Source: Chiloscyllium plagiosum (Eukaryota). From it: a stretch of 64,000 nt of DNA. A program made the position numbers and the translations under genes. Below the pieces are notes generated by a model that ran no database searches, had not been told where the DNA came from, and saw only the letters and a program-made list of their open reading frames with translations. The stretch covers positions 13,381,904 to 13,445,903 of the forward strand of contig NC_057719.1 in NCBI RefSeq assembly GCF_004010195.1, read 5' to 3'. Positions 49,816 through 61,900 of the stretch are shown here, piece after piece (position 1 is the stretch's first letter; every line of letters begins with the position of its first letter).

Positions 49816-50049
49816 TGTATTACAAAGCCTGAGAATAGGGTTCTGAACTAAGGGAATGCACAAACGGTTGGAAGCTTTTTTACAACTTCTTGTGTGGGAT
49901 TTCGGTGTCCCTGGCAAGGCTGGCATTTAAAGCCTCCCCTAGTTGCCTTTGAATATTAACCTTGGGTTGCTGGATTACGAGCGCAATGGTGTTACGACCA
50001 TATCATTATCTCATCTTACCAACTTTCAAGTCACATGCTAAGCTAACAT

Positions 50050-50320
50050 TCCAACAGCTGTATAGCCGGATAGAAAACATCCCATGACAATGTTTAAAGA
50101 GTAACGATGAAGTCCTCTGTAGCCATCCCCACCAACCAAACTAACTGGTTGGCTGCCATTCGTGCAATGCTGCTTGTGGGATCTTGCTGTGTGTGCAAAT
50201 GTGGTTGCCACGCTTGTCCTGAAAGCAATTACTACACACCAAAACATTACCTGTTTGCAGGTAAAACACTTTGTGCACTGAGGATGTGAAAGGGGACTGC
50301 ATAACGCAAGTCATTCTTTG
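50050..50320 (+). mobile_element. Ancient Deu-SINE-like 3' half
   Basis: gctgcttgtgggatcttgctgtgtgtgcaaatgtggttgcc...tgaggatgtgaaagg...gcaagt. Confidence 0.55.
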
Positions 50321-50384
50321 TTACATCTACAAATTGTGCAGAGTGCAAGATTTCTTCATACAGTTACCTGTTGTCTTTGTTTCT

Positions 50385-50705
50385 ATTCGTTCACTGGATG
50401 AGGCATTGACCATCCCTAATTGCCCAGAGGGCAGTTAAGAGTCAAATACATTGCTATGGGTCTGGAGTCACGTGTAGGCTAAACCAGGTAAAGGATGACA
50501 GCTTCCTTCCCTAAAGGACATTAATGAACCAGATGGGTTTTTCAGAACAACTGATAATGGATTCATGATCATCACTAGACTCTTAATTCTATTTTTTTAT
50601 TGAATTCAAATTCTACTATCTGCAATAGCGGGAATCGAGCTCAGGTCACTACTTCAGTCTCTGGATTAACAGTCCTGTGATAATACCACTCGGCCATCAC
50701 CTCCT
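50385..50705 (-). mobile_element. SINE family B
   Basis: catccctaattgcccagagggcagttaagagtca...taataccactcggccatc. Confidence 0.8.
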
Positions 50706-51737
50706 CCACTAGTCTCCCGGTAGCTTTGGTTTCTCAGGTCCAATTAACCTTGGGTGCAACTTCCTTTCTTTTGAGAATATGTGTGGTGCAGGAGAGACTT
50801 CCATTTTTGAGGGGTGGTGATGGGTCAGGTATATCTACTCGCTAATGTTCTTCTGAGCCCAATATACCATCATGCACAGGTAAGATGGACCAAAGGGCCT
50901 CTTTTTGATTGCCTTATTCTATGATTCTATTATCTGGTAGTTTTTCACTGAAGGCTTGAATGGAACAAGCACATTTCTGTAAAAGATAACCATTTGATTT
51001 CAGATCCCTGGTCTATTCCGGTCAGGTTTCTCAGTGTGGCTGCTTTTATTGGACAGCCTTGTTGGCTTGATCAGGCATCACCCCGGGCAGTTAGTAACAA
51101 TGCTCCAGATTGCATATGGCTGAGACTTCTAATGAGCTGATTAACATGGAAAGGCTTCACCTCAAATACTGTGCTGTAAGTTTTAGCACAAGGAAATGCC
51201 TTATTTATGAAGGAACCAAGTAACTGAAGATGATTGTACTCACAGGAGGGAGAAGTTGATCCCATTAAGAACACACTTTAGATATTAGCTGTGTTTGTGA
51301 ACATACATGTTATCTGTTTTTACCTCAGAGGATTGCCTCCATGAATGTAAATCCAGCAGACTGGTATTTTAGCAAGAATTTATGACATACTGATGAACAG
51401 AAAACAGGTTTCCAACAAAGTATGCAATGCCAACCTCCATGAAACATCCTGAGAATTTAGTTGCAAAATGTTTACCCCCTGCCTGGGAACAGGACCTTTT
51501 GCTTCCCCATCAATTAAGTTCCCTCACCTGTCCTTCTAAAAGCCTGGAAATTTCCATCCTTTATATCTCTCGTGCATCACTTTAGGTGTACTGAAGGCTT
51601 CTATTGAAGAGTTGCCTCCCAGTTTTCTCTCCTTGAGATGCTGTGCTACTAGGCAGAGGGAGCCCTCTACTCAACATGTGTGAGTTCAGATATTCAGGGT
51701 CTGCAGTGTATTCTATCACATACCACCTCAGCATTTA

Positions 51738-52050
51738 GTGGGTGGCGTGTTGTCTCACAGCACCAGGGACCCAGGTTCGATTCCAACTTCGGGCGACTGT
51801 GTGTCTGGAGTTTGGGCTTTCTCCCAGTGTCTATGTAGATTTCCTCCCACAGTACAAAAATGTGCAGGTCAGATGGATTGGCCATGCTAAATTGCCCATA
51901 GCATCCTGGGATGTGCGGGCTAGGTGTGTTAGCCATGGGAAATGCAGGGTTATTGAGTTAGAATGGGTCTGGGTGCGATGTTCTTTAGAGGGTTGGTTTG
52001 GCCTGGGCAAGCTGAATGGCCTGCTTCCACACTGTAGGGATTCTATGATT
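51738..52050 (+). mobile_element. HE1-like V-SINE (diverged)
   Basis: ctcacagcaccagggacccaggttcgattcc...ggccatgctaaattgccc. Confidence 0.8.
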
Positions 52051-52669
52051 CAATACCAAGCCTAATCCCATGCAATTAACATAGGCACACTATTCCAGAA
52101 GGGGAGAGGTGGACTAGAAAGCAGTTGGGAATGAAACTAATTTTTCCCTTCCCCAAACTAAGAAACAAGGAGATTTACTGGAACTCCAGAATATTACAGT
52201 TACTGAGGTGGACTGATTTTAAGAAAGATTTGGAATTAAATCAGGGCCTTCTGCTCTTGGAGTTATCAACATGCACTAAGTAGTACATTTATCACTAGAC
52301 CGATTAGTATTGATCTCTTGTCTCATCATTTTAATCAACATTAATATCTTGCTGATCTGTGGTTTATACATGGGCTTTGGCAGAGCAGATAAAAAAAGGA
52401 ACTGTTCCCACTGGCAGGAGTGCTGATTACAACAGAAGATGCAGGTTTAAGACAAATAGGCAAAAAAAATCGAAACGTTGAGGAGAATTTTTTTAATGCA
52501 GGTAGGAATGACGATTATGACTCACCTGGGTGGTAGAAACGGATTCCAGAAAAAAAATTCCAAAGGGAATTGGTGTACATGGAAATGATGAAAATATACA
52601 GGACCATGGGAAAGAATATAACTCTTTCAAAGCACTGACACAAATTCAGTGGATTGAATGGCCTCTTGT

Positions 52670-53460
52670 ATTTTCATTCATGGGAGTGTGGGCTAGGCCA
52701 ATGTTTATTGCCCAGAGGGCAGTTAAGAGTCAACCACATTGCTGTAGGTCTGGAGTCACATGTAGGCCAGATGAGGTAAGCATGGCCGATTCCATCCGTA
52801 TAGGGCATTGGTTAGTTTTTCTAACAATCTACTACTTCCAGATTTTTACTGAGTTCAAATTACACCATCTGCTGTGGCAGGATTTGAACTCAGGACCCTA
52901 GAACATTACCTGGGTCTCTGGAATAACAATCTAGCAATTATACCATTAAGCTATTGCCTCCCCAGAGTTAAAAATCACACAACACCAGGTTATAGTCCAA
53001 CAGGTTTAACTGAAAGCACTAGCTTTCGGAGCGCCGCCCTTTCATCAGCCCTCCCCAGAGGGTAGTTAAGAGTCAACTACATCACTGTAAGTCTGCAGTC
53101 ACATGTAGGGGCTTTTGTCCGAAGCTTCGAATTTCCTGCTCCTCGGATGCTGCCTCTCCTGCTGTGCTTTTCCAGCATCACTCTAATCTAGACTCTGATC
53201 TCCAGTATCTGCAGTCCTCACTTTCGCCTAGTCACATGTAGGCCCCATCAGGTAAGGGCAGCAGTTGCTTTCCCTAAGGGACATTAGTGAACTAGATATA
53301 TATCCCCCACTCACAATATCAGACTTGCATTCTTAATTCCAGACTATTTTTACTGATTTCAAATTCCACCATGGTAGGGTTTGAAGGTGGGTCCCCAGGA
53401 CATTACCTGAGTCTCTGGATGATTAATCTAATGATAATATCACAAGGCCCTTGCCTCCCC
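52670..53460 (-). mobile_element. Two family-B SINEs with two Penelope-derived inserts (52968-53049 and 53110-53229)
   Basis: TSDs cctccccagag (52957-52967 / 53050-53060) and agtcacatgtagg (53097-53109 / 53230-53242). Confidence 0.8.
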
Positions 53461-54264
53461 TTTCTGTCTATGAGAGTACGTCAGTGTTGATGTTTGAGGT
53501 TCTAACTCATATTCAAGTTTAGTCTAGAATAAAAGGTTTACAAAATAGGAGCACAATAGACTATTTGAGCCTGTTCCACTAATCAGGGCAATCATTATTG
53601 ATTTTGAGATCCAACTCTATTTTCCTGCTTGCTCCCCATTCACAGACATAGTCATAGATGTCTATAGCACAGAAAAAGGTCCTTCAGCCCTGCAAGTCTG
53701 TGCTGGGTGAAAACAATCATCTAACTACTTTAATCCCAGTCGCCAGCACTTGGTCCGTAGTCTCGTATGCCTGAGCATCGCAAGTGCATATCAAAATACT
53801 TCTCCAATGCTTCCATCACCCTTGTAGGCAGCGAGTTCCAGATTCCTACCATCCTCTGGGTGAAGACGTTTTTCCCCACATCTCCTCTCAATCTGATGTT
53901 GATGTGGTGTCGAGCTGCCTTCTTGAACCATTGCAGTCCATTTGGTACAGGTAGACATGCAATGCCATTAGAGAATTACTTCCAGATTTTGTTTGTCAAA
54001 ATACTAGAAATCAATCCATGATACTTTGGGTCTACCTATACCAAATGCATTGCAGTGGTTCAACAAGGCATCTTCTTGAGGGCAACGAGGAATAAGTGAT
54101 ACATGATGGTCCAGCTAGCAATACTGTTATTCCTGTGAGGGAATAAAAATTTCCTTGATGATTTCTTCTGACTTACCTTCCACTTTAGCTACTCTCTTCC
54201 TTTTTATTTGCTTATGAGTGCTCTTAAATTTGTTTTTACATTCCTGGCTAGAGTTACACTGGAT

Positions 54265-54960
54265 TGATGCCAGAGATGAGGGGTTTGTCTTCTGGAGAGA
54301 TTGAACAATTTAGGCCTGTGCTCTCTGAAGTTTAGGAGATTGAGAGGAGATCTAATTGAGATATATAAGATGCTAAAATAGGTTGACAAAGTCGACATGG
54401 AAAGGTGCTTTCTCAGTGGGCTAGTCTAATCTAGCCCACTGAGACTCTATAAGGAATTAAGTGAAAAATCACACAACACCAGTTTATAGTCCAACAGATT
54501 TATTTGGAAATAAACTGCTCCTTTGTCAGGTAGCTAGTGGGGCAGGATCATAGGACCCAGAGTGTATAGCAAAAGATCATATTTGCTAGATCTTCTTTGG
54601 GCTGTATGTATGACACAATGATCTTTGGACTATAACCTGGTTTCACATGATTTTTAACTTTGTCCACCCCAGTCCAACGTCGGCACCTCCACATCTATAA
54701 GAGATAACTGATTTAAATCTGACCTGATGAGAAATTGCTTCTTTCAAAGAGTTGTGAATCTGTCAAATTCATTACCCCAGAGTGCAGTAGTGGTCAGGAC
54801 ATTGAATAAAGGTAAGTTAGAGATAGAGTTTTAATTAGTAATGGAGAGTGACCAGGAAAGAGGAGTTGAGGCTGAGAGGAGACCAACCATGATGATATCA
54901 AATGGCAGAGTAGGCTCAAGGGCTGAATTACCAACTCCTGATCCTAGTTCTTATGTTCTC
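54265..54960 (+). mobile_element. Old CR1 3' portion containing a fold-back family-2 element (~54464-54694)
   Basis: Reads ERLNNLGLCSLKFRRLRGDLIEIYK; the insert has aaaaatcacacaacaccagtttatagtcc and its inverted copy ggactataacctgg...tgatttttaa. Confidence 0.7.
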
Positions 54961-55198
54961 CTTATATTTTACTTCTTTATAAATGTTTCGGTGGCTGTTC
55001 ACTGATTTCTAAAGCACCCCAATCCTCAGGCTTACTTCTGTGCCTTGCAACCTTACAAATCTCTTATAATTTAAACTTATCCTCGACCTTCTTCATAAGC
55101 CATGTATTTCACTTGTTTTTTTTGTTGAAATGTATTTCTTATTAAGCACATTGAGTCATTTAAATATTTCCCACTTCATGTTTACTGCAATAAATTTT

Positions 55199-55430
55199 AG
55201 CTGAAAATGTGTTGCTGGAAAAGCGCAGCAGGTCAGGCAGCATCCAAGGAACAGGAGAATCGACGTTTCGGGCATAAGCCCTTCTTCAGGAATCAGCCCA
55301 ACATTCCTGAAGAAGGGCTTATGCCCGAAACATCGATTCTCCTGTTCCTTGGATGCTGCCTGACCTGCTGCGCTTTTCCAGCAACACATTTGCAGCTCTG
55401 ATCTCCAGTATCTGCAGACCTCACTTTCTC
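55199..55430. mobile_element. Young fold-back Penelope-derived element with 16-bp TSD
   Basis: ~95-bp near-perfect inverted arms (55199-55293 / 55303-55397), 9-nt loop cagcccaac; ctgcaataaa(t/c)tttag at 55185-55200 and 55431-55446. Confidence 0.9.
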
Positions 55431-56282
55431 CTGCAATAAACTTTAGTCTACTTACCCAATCAGCCTTAGCCAGCTCTCAACTTGTATTGATGTAATTGAC
55501 TTTGTTTGGAACTTGGTTGTGTTTGGAATATGCCATTTTCAAAGTTAAGTGTGGAATTCAATTCTGTTATGATCACTATTTTCCCCGTGGATCTTTTACA
55601 ACGATTATTGCATGGTAGTAGGCCTACAATAACTTTATCTTCAGTTGGTTCCATAATACATTGCTGCAGCAAACTACTCTAAAAGCATGCTACAATTACA
55701 TCTTTCATATCACCTTTGCCAATCAGTCAAGAAATCAGAATATGGAAAGAGAGTTGATGTCTTGTTGTAATCGGTGTTTCTCTGGTCAAAACCCTGTATG
55801 TCCAAGCTCAGTGTCTCAAGCAGGGAATGGGCCACCCTGGCTTTGTGTGGAGCAATTTATTCACTGGCTTTTACAGCTCACATCTAACACAAGCAGTGAA
55901 ACGTACCCAAAGAAGATAATGCCATAGAAGCACTAGATTTGCCCTTGTCATGTTCCTTATTTCATAACAAGTTTATGTCAGTAAGATTTGAAAGGTGCTG
56001 CTTTGTATGCTATCAACAGTTCTGATATGCACTGACAGACAAGATTAAGAGATTACTTTGCCCTTGAAGCCTTTTTGGAAAACAAGGACATTTATATGGT
56101 AATTCTTTTTTATCTTTCCCGATCATAAGCAAAAACACAACAGCGTCTTTTGATGGCTGTTGAGTCTGCTTTTCATTCCACTGACGGTACCCTGACATTT
56201 GACTCAATCCATTTGCAAGACTGCTTCCCCAGCAATTTTGTGCCAGGAAATGAATTAAGAATCCCCTTAAAAGTCAGAGAGT

Positions 56283-56630
56283 TAGAGTCATAGAGTCATA
56301 CAGCATAGACACAGGCCCTTCAGCCCACTACGTCCATGCTGACCAACAAATACAAAAATACACTAATCCCATTTACCTGCACTTGGTCAAAATTCCCTGT
56401 TCATCCAAATGCTTCTTAAATGTAGCTAGAGTATGCGCCTCCACCACCCTCTCAGGCAGCATGTTCCATATTTTTACCACCCTCTGGGTGATTTTTTTTT
56501 TCCTCAGATCTCCTCTAAACCACTGACTACTTATCTTAAACGTATGCCCTCTGGTCTTAGACATGTCAGGAATGAGGAGTCGCTTCTCATGAACGACTCT
56601 GTCTATGCCTCTGACAATTCGGGATACCTC
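56283..56630 (-). mobile_element. CR1 3' end
   Basis: TRGHTFKI...ITQRVVKIWNMLPERVVEA; tail agagtcatagagtcata. Confidence 0.8.
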
Positions 56631-57299
56631 AAAGAGGTTTTGAGAATATAAGACAAGTCCCTGTTCATCGGAAATTAGAAGGGGATTTACTAGCATTCAA
56701 ATGTTCGCTAAAAAGCAGGAGAAAAGACACTTTCTCAAAAATTAATGAACCTCTAAATGAAACTGCTGGAATGCATGACTCTCAAAAGTACCATTCCGGA
56801 GAATGGTGTTTTAATTAGCAGCGATGGGGAAAGCTGCAGCAGGTCATGGTACACGTGCAATGATGATCTTATAACTTTCCTCAAAACAGCTAATGAGTCA
56901 CTTAATTGGTACAAATGTCGAAAAGGTTCAGCAATCCAGCTGTGAGGTGCACGGTCGCCGAGGACAGGGTCTTAATGCTAGTGAAAGGAAACAAAAAAGA
57001 AATCAATGGGGCCTCACAATTGCTGCTACCCGCTGCATGTTATGAATGAAAGAACACAGCCAGTTTCTGATGAGAGCCACTATCATAATGAATGGTGGTG
57101 CTGGCTCGAAGGGCAGAATGGCCTACTCCTGCACCTATTGTCTATTGTCTCTTGAAAGGGAATTAAACTCTTTGTGTGCACAAAGACAGCAATGCCTGAT
57201 AGCATCATTCTGAACCCACTGATGAGGAGGGTTTCTACTGAAGGCCAGAAGAGGTGGTAGAGCACCTGTAATGTTTATTGCAAAGGAAAAGCACATAAT

Positions 57300-57622
57300 T
57301 TAGAATGACAGAATCCCTATAGTGTGGAAGCAGGCCATTCGGTCTATCGATCCACACGAACCCTCCAAAAAGCATCTCACCCAGCCCCCTACCTTGTCCC
57401 TACAATGCTGCATTTCCCATGGCTAACTCACCTACCCTGCACATCCCTGGACACTACAGACAACTTTGCATGGCTAAGCCACTTAAGCTGCACATCTTTA
57501 GATTGTGGGAGGAACCGGGATACCCAAAGGAATGGGGAGAATGTGCACACAGACAGTAACCCCAGGCTGGAAGCGAACCTGGGTCTCTGGCACTGTGAGG
57601 CAGCAGTGCTAACCACTGAGCC
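57300..57622 (-). mobile_element. HE1-like V-SINE
   Basis: Reverse complement of the consensus (ctgtgaggcagcagtgctaaccactgag). Confidence 0.85.
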
Positions 57623-57855
57623 CTTGATCTATGTAAGAAAATATGCTTAGTTAACAATACAGACAAATCACATGATTTTACAACTGAAGTGATTAGCATA
57701 GAAGTTCTTTTCAATGTACAATGTAGTTTGAGCAGGCAAATGGAAAGGTCCCCACAACCTGCCTGGAGAAGTCAAGACAAATCATGGGAGATTCCGACTG
57801 GTGACTGCTCCGAAAGGGGAAAGCTCACCTGAGAAGGCAAATATCGAGGGACTTT

Positions 57856-58071
57856 AGGCAAAAGTGAGGACTACAGATGCTGGAAACCAGAGTCTAGATT
57901 AGAGTGGTGCTGGAAAAGCACAGCAAGTCAGGCAGCATCCGAGGAGCAGGAAAATTGATGTTTCGGGCAGGAGCACTTCATCAGGAATGAAGGGCTTTTG
58001 CCCGAAACGTCGATTTTCCTGCTCTTCAGATGCTGCCTGACCTGCTATGCTATTCCAGCACCACTCTAATC
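57856..58071. mobile_element. Fold-back Penelope-derived element with 14-bp TSD
   Basis: Arms agattagagtggtgctggaa... / ...ttccagcaccactctaatct; tatcgag(g/a)gacttt at 57842-57855 and 58072-58085. Confidence 0.88.
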
Positions 58072-58118
58072 TATCGAGAGACTTTGTCAGGAATGTCTGG
58101 ATAGAGCGTTGACAATGT

Positions 58119-58432
58119 TTAGATTAGATTCCCTACAGAGTGGAAACAGGCCCTTTGGCCCAACAATCCACACCAACCTTCCGGAGAGTAACCCACCCAG
58201 ACCTATTTCCCTCTGACTGATGCACTTAACACTACGGGCAATTTAGCCTGGCCAATTCACCGGGCCTGCACATCTTTGGACTATGGGAGGAAACCAGAGC
58301 ATCCGGAGGAAATCCACGCAGACACGAGGAGAATGTGCAAACTCCACACAGACAGTCACCCGAGGCTGGAATCGAACCTGGGACGCTGGTGCCATGAGGC
58401 AGCAGTGCTAACCACTGACCCACTGTGCCAGC
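58119..58432 (-). mobile_element. HE1-like V-SINE
   Basis: Reverse consensus with an (attag)n tail. Confidence 0.88.
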
Positions 58433-58439
58433 CACGTTG

Positions 58440-59100
58440 TGCCAACATGATGCCAAATTAAACGAATCCCTTTGGCCTGCCCTTGGTCCACATCCCTCCA
58501 TTCCTTGCATATTCATGTACTGATCTAAAAGTCTCTTAAACACTCCTAAGTATCTGCCTCTACCACCACCCTTGGCAGTGCGTTCCAGACTCCTACCACT
58601 CTCTGGGTAACAGACTTGCCCCTCACCTCTCCTTTGAACTTTTCCCCTCTATCCTTAAATTCATGTCCCGAGCATTAGACATTTCAACTCAGGGGAAAAA
58701 AAATGCTGATCGTCAACCCTATCTATGCATTTCAATATTTTACAGATTTCTATCGACTTTCTCCTCAGCCTCCGTCGCTCCCAAGAAAACAACCCTAGTT
58801 TGTCCAGTCTCTGCTTCTAGCTCATACCCTCTACTCCAGGCAGCATTCTGGTAAACCTCTCCTGCACTCTGTCCAAAACCTCCATATCCTTCCTGTAATG
58901 TGGCGACCAGAATTGAATGCAATACTCCAAGTGTGGCCTAACCGGAGTCTTATAAAGCTGCAACACCATACCCTGACTCTTGTACTCAGTTCCCTGACCA
59001 ATGAAGACAAGCATGCCAAATGCCTTCTTTACTACCCTATCTATTTGCATGGCTGCTTTCAGGGAGCTATAGACTTGAACCCCAAGATTCCTCCTCTTTA
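58440..59100 (-). mobile_element. CR1 3' portion
   Basis: RPHLEYCIQFWSPHYRKDM. Confidence 0.85.
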
Positions 59101-59559
59101 TGTAACCATATCTGAAATCATTGAGACGTGAGTGGGAGTGTGTTTCCCTCATCCGAAGGGAATGCCTAGGGGAGAGTGCAGGAAGCAGGGGAGAAAGTGA
59201 TCTGACAGCAGGACTGTGAGATTTCAGGAAAACCCTGCTGGGATGCACGTTGGGCAGAGTTGAGGAGACTTGACCCATTTCCCAGGGTCATGTATGCATT
59301 AGTGGAAAACCTACATCAGATAGAGAGGGAGAGATTTAATTGTGGGACCTTGTAACAGCATGGGGGGGGGGGGAAGGGAACTTAATGTTAAAGGGAGCAA
59401 GTAAAACATCTTTTTCCCTGTTGTGTCAGTTTTGAAAGGAATTTATGAATTTAAATTGTATGCCTACCTTTAGCACTTCTGCTCTCACCAGGGGCATACA
59501 GGCAATCTTCCAAACTAGCTGGAGTTTATGTTGTATACTATATGTCTTTGACTTTTTTT

Positions 59560-59872
59560 TGATGTTCATTCACAAGATGAGAGTGTCACTGGCTTGGTCA
59601 GCATTTATTGCCCATCCAATGGGGCAGTTAAGAGTCAACCACATTGCTTTGGGTCTGGAGTCCCATGTAAGCCAGACCAGGTAAAGATGGCAGATTTCCT
59701 TCCCTTAAGGACATTAATGAAACAGATGGGCTTTTCCTGACAATTGATAATGGCTTTGCATCTTCTTTAGACTCTTAATTCCAGACTTTTTATTGAACTC
59801 AAATTCTGGATTCGAACCTGGGTCCTCTAGATTAACAGGCTATGATAGTGCCACTAGACCATTGTCTCCCCT
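59560..59872 (-). mobile_element. SINE family B
   Basis: cagcatttattgcccatcc...gcagttaagagtcaaccacattgc...ccactagaccattg. Confidence 0.8.
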
Positions 59873-60534
59873 ATGCCTATAAAACATAGACAATATTCAG
59901 CTGGGTGTAATGTGTAACCTGATGATGTTTGGCAGTTGTTGGAAATGCAATCAGGGTCTGTGTTAGCCAGCACACTGCCTGGTCCTCCTTTTATTGCCCA
60001 GTGGAAACCTCTAGGTCAACCACCTGGGAGGGTGGGGTGGGGGGGAATGGAGAAGGAGGATCTAGTACATCCAGCATCAGTGTGAATCAACCTGCTTCCC
60101 AGCCAACTATGAAATGAGTCTGAAATAATGACACCAACATATGTTCCAATTTCGTGCTGAACATTCCACAGATAGCATACAAGGCAACAAACACTTTGGA
60201 TAAGAGAGCCATGTTAACCAAATACTGTGCTCTTTCTCATTTCGTCCCAGGATATATTGTCATTCATTAGATGGCGTCCCATTTCTTCCTTCAGTTAACA
60301 ACGCAATGCCCTTTTCAGTGTGGCAGAGAGTGTCTTCTTGTATAAATTACTGAATCTCAGAATGGGGCTTGAGTCTCTGCGTGTTTTGACCTCTGGTTTT
60401 GAGCTGCCTACCACTTGGAGAACAGTCTGGAGTCTCCTCACATGTATCTCGCTGCTGCTGTAACATGTTCGGGAGTGTGAGGCACTCACATCTCGAGGAC
60501 ATTTACTGCAGAGGACCATATAACCAATGTCATA

Positions 60535-60735
60535 AAAACCTGTCTGGTTCCCTAATGTCCTTGGGGTGAAAATCAGAGCCTATGTGACTCCAGACCCACA
60601 GCAATGTGGTTGACCTGCTATCTGCCCACTGAAATGGCTCTATCGAACCACCTAGAGCAAGGGGCAATTAGGGATATGATCACGTTAGAATAAATGCTGG
60701 CCCAGCCAGTGACATCCACATCCCGTGAATCAATT
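60535..60735 (+). mobile_element. SINE family B, 3' half
   Basis: gtgactccagacccacagcaatgtggttgac...aataaatgctggcccagccagtgacatccacatcccgtgaat. Confidence 0.75.
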
Positions 60736-60745
60736 CAATAAAATT

Positions 60746-61051
60746 GGCGGCACGGTGGCACAGTGGTTAGCACTGCTGCCTCACAGCGCCAGAGACCCAG
60801 GTTCAATTCCCGCCTCAGGCGACTGACTGTGTGGAGTTTGCACGTTCTCCCCGTGTCTGCGTGGGTTTCCTCCGGGTGCTCCAGTTTCCTCCCACAGTCC
60901 AAAGATGTGCAGATTAGGTGAATTGGCCATGCTAAATTAGGTGAAGGGGTAAATGTAGGAGAATGGAGTCTGGGTGGGTTCCGCTCCGATGGGTTGGTGT
61001 GGACTTGTTGGGCTGAAGGGCCTGTTTCCACACTGTAAGTAAACTAATCTA
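60746..61051 (+). mobile_element. HE1-like V-SINE (young)
   Basis: ggcggcacggtggcacagtggttagcactgctgcctcacagcgccagagacccaggttcaattcc... Confidence 0.92.
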
Positions 61052-61139
61052 AAAAAAATTTCCTTTCAACCAGTTCAAAGTTCAGGCAGTGGGCTCTGCA
61101 TCTGATAAGCCGAATTGCTCATAAAATCCATGAAAGAAT

Positions 61140-61350
61140 TCACTTAGATTACTAAAGCACCTTTCACAACCTTAAGCTGCCCCAAGGGGTTTTTACAGTT
61201 AATTAGGCCTTTACCAAAGTATAGTTGCTGTTTCAATGTCAGATGCACAGCAGTCAATTTGTGCAGAATACAAACAGCAATGAGATAACAAACAGATCAC
61301 CCACTCTTTTAATGATGCTGTTTTGAGGAATAAATGGTAACCCAGACACT
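61140..61350 (-). mobile_element. Ancient Deu-SINE-like 3' half
   Basis: gcacctttcacaacc...caatttgtgcag...caaacagcaatgagataa, reverse of the tail at ~50170-50310. Confidence 0.5.
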
Positions 61351-61560
61351 ATGGGCTCGTTATCATCTCCACTACACAAGATCTCCTGTTCATAATTGTA
61401 TTCTACTCATTCTCCCTTTTAAAGAAACAGTCTAGGGTGTTAAATACATCTCTTCTCAACTCTGTTACCCTCTCCATTCTGAAAAGTCCAATTTTGATAA
61501 GTACAGCATGTTAACATTTCACAACAGTATTATGACAGGGTTTGTCTGGTCAGATAAATT

Positions 61561-61784
61561 CAGTGGTTAGCACTGCTGCCCCCTAGCACCAGGGGCCTGG
61601 GTTCAATTCCAACCTTGGGTGACTGTCTGTATGGTGTCTGCACCTTATCCCTGTGACACCTTATCCTCCCACTGTCCAGTTATTGCAGGTTAGCTGGATT
61701 GGTCATGCTAAATTGTCTGTGGTATCCAGTGATGTGTAGGCTAGGTGGGTTCGCCATGGTGAAAGCTGGGCTACAGAGAAAGCT

Positions 61785-61817
<33 letters not shown>

Positions 61818-61900
61818 TTGGGTCTAGGTTCGTGTAGGACATTCTTCTGAGAGTCAGTGCTCAATAGGCTGAAGAACCTATTTCCAAATTGTAGGGATTC
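61561..61900 (+). mobile_element. HE1-like V-SINE containing a 28-nt poly-G run
   Basis: cagtggttagcactgctgcc...; G run at 61785-61812. Confidence 0.8.

Noticed and set aside
54170..54215. Minus-strand donor GAAG|gtaagt as the end of the upstream SYNDIG1L exon
   Set aside because: The upstream sequence does not encode the expected acidic ...VSY.VEEE-type segment and runs into a CR1 remnant.
55156..55401. Mirror-image ORFs on both strands (MCCWKSAAGQ...)
   Set aside because: A by-product of the palindromic element, not genes.
56948..56972. REST/RE1 site
   Set aside because: Only the GGACAG half matches; the CAGCACC half is poor.
60295..60519. 74-aa minus-strand ORF as a host exon
   Set aside because: No recognisable protein similarity or convincing splice signals.
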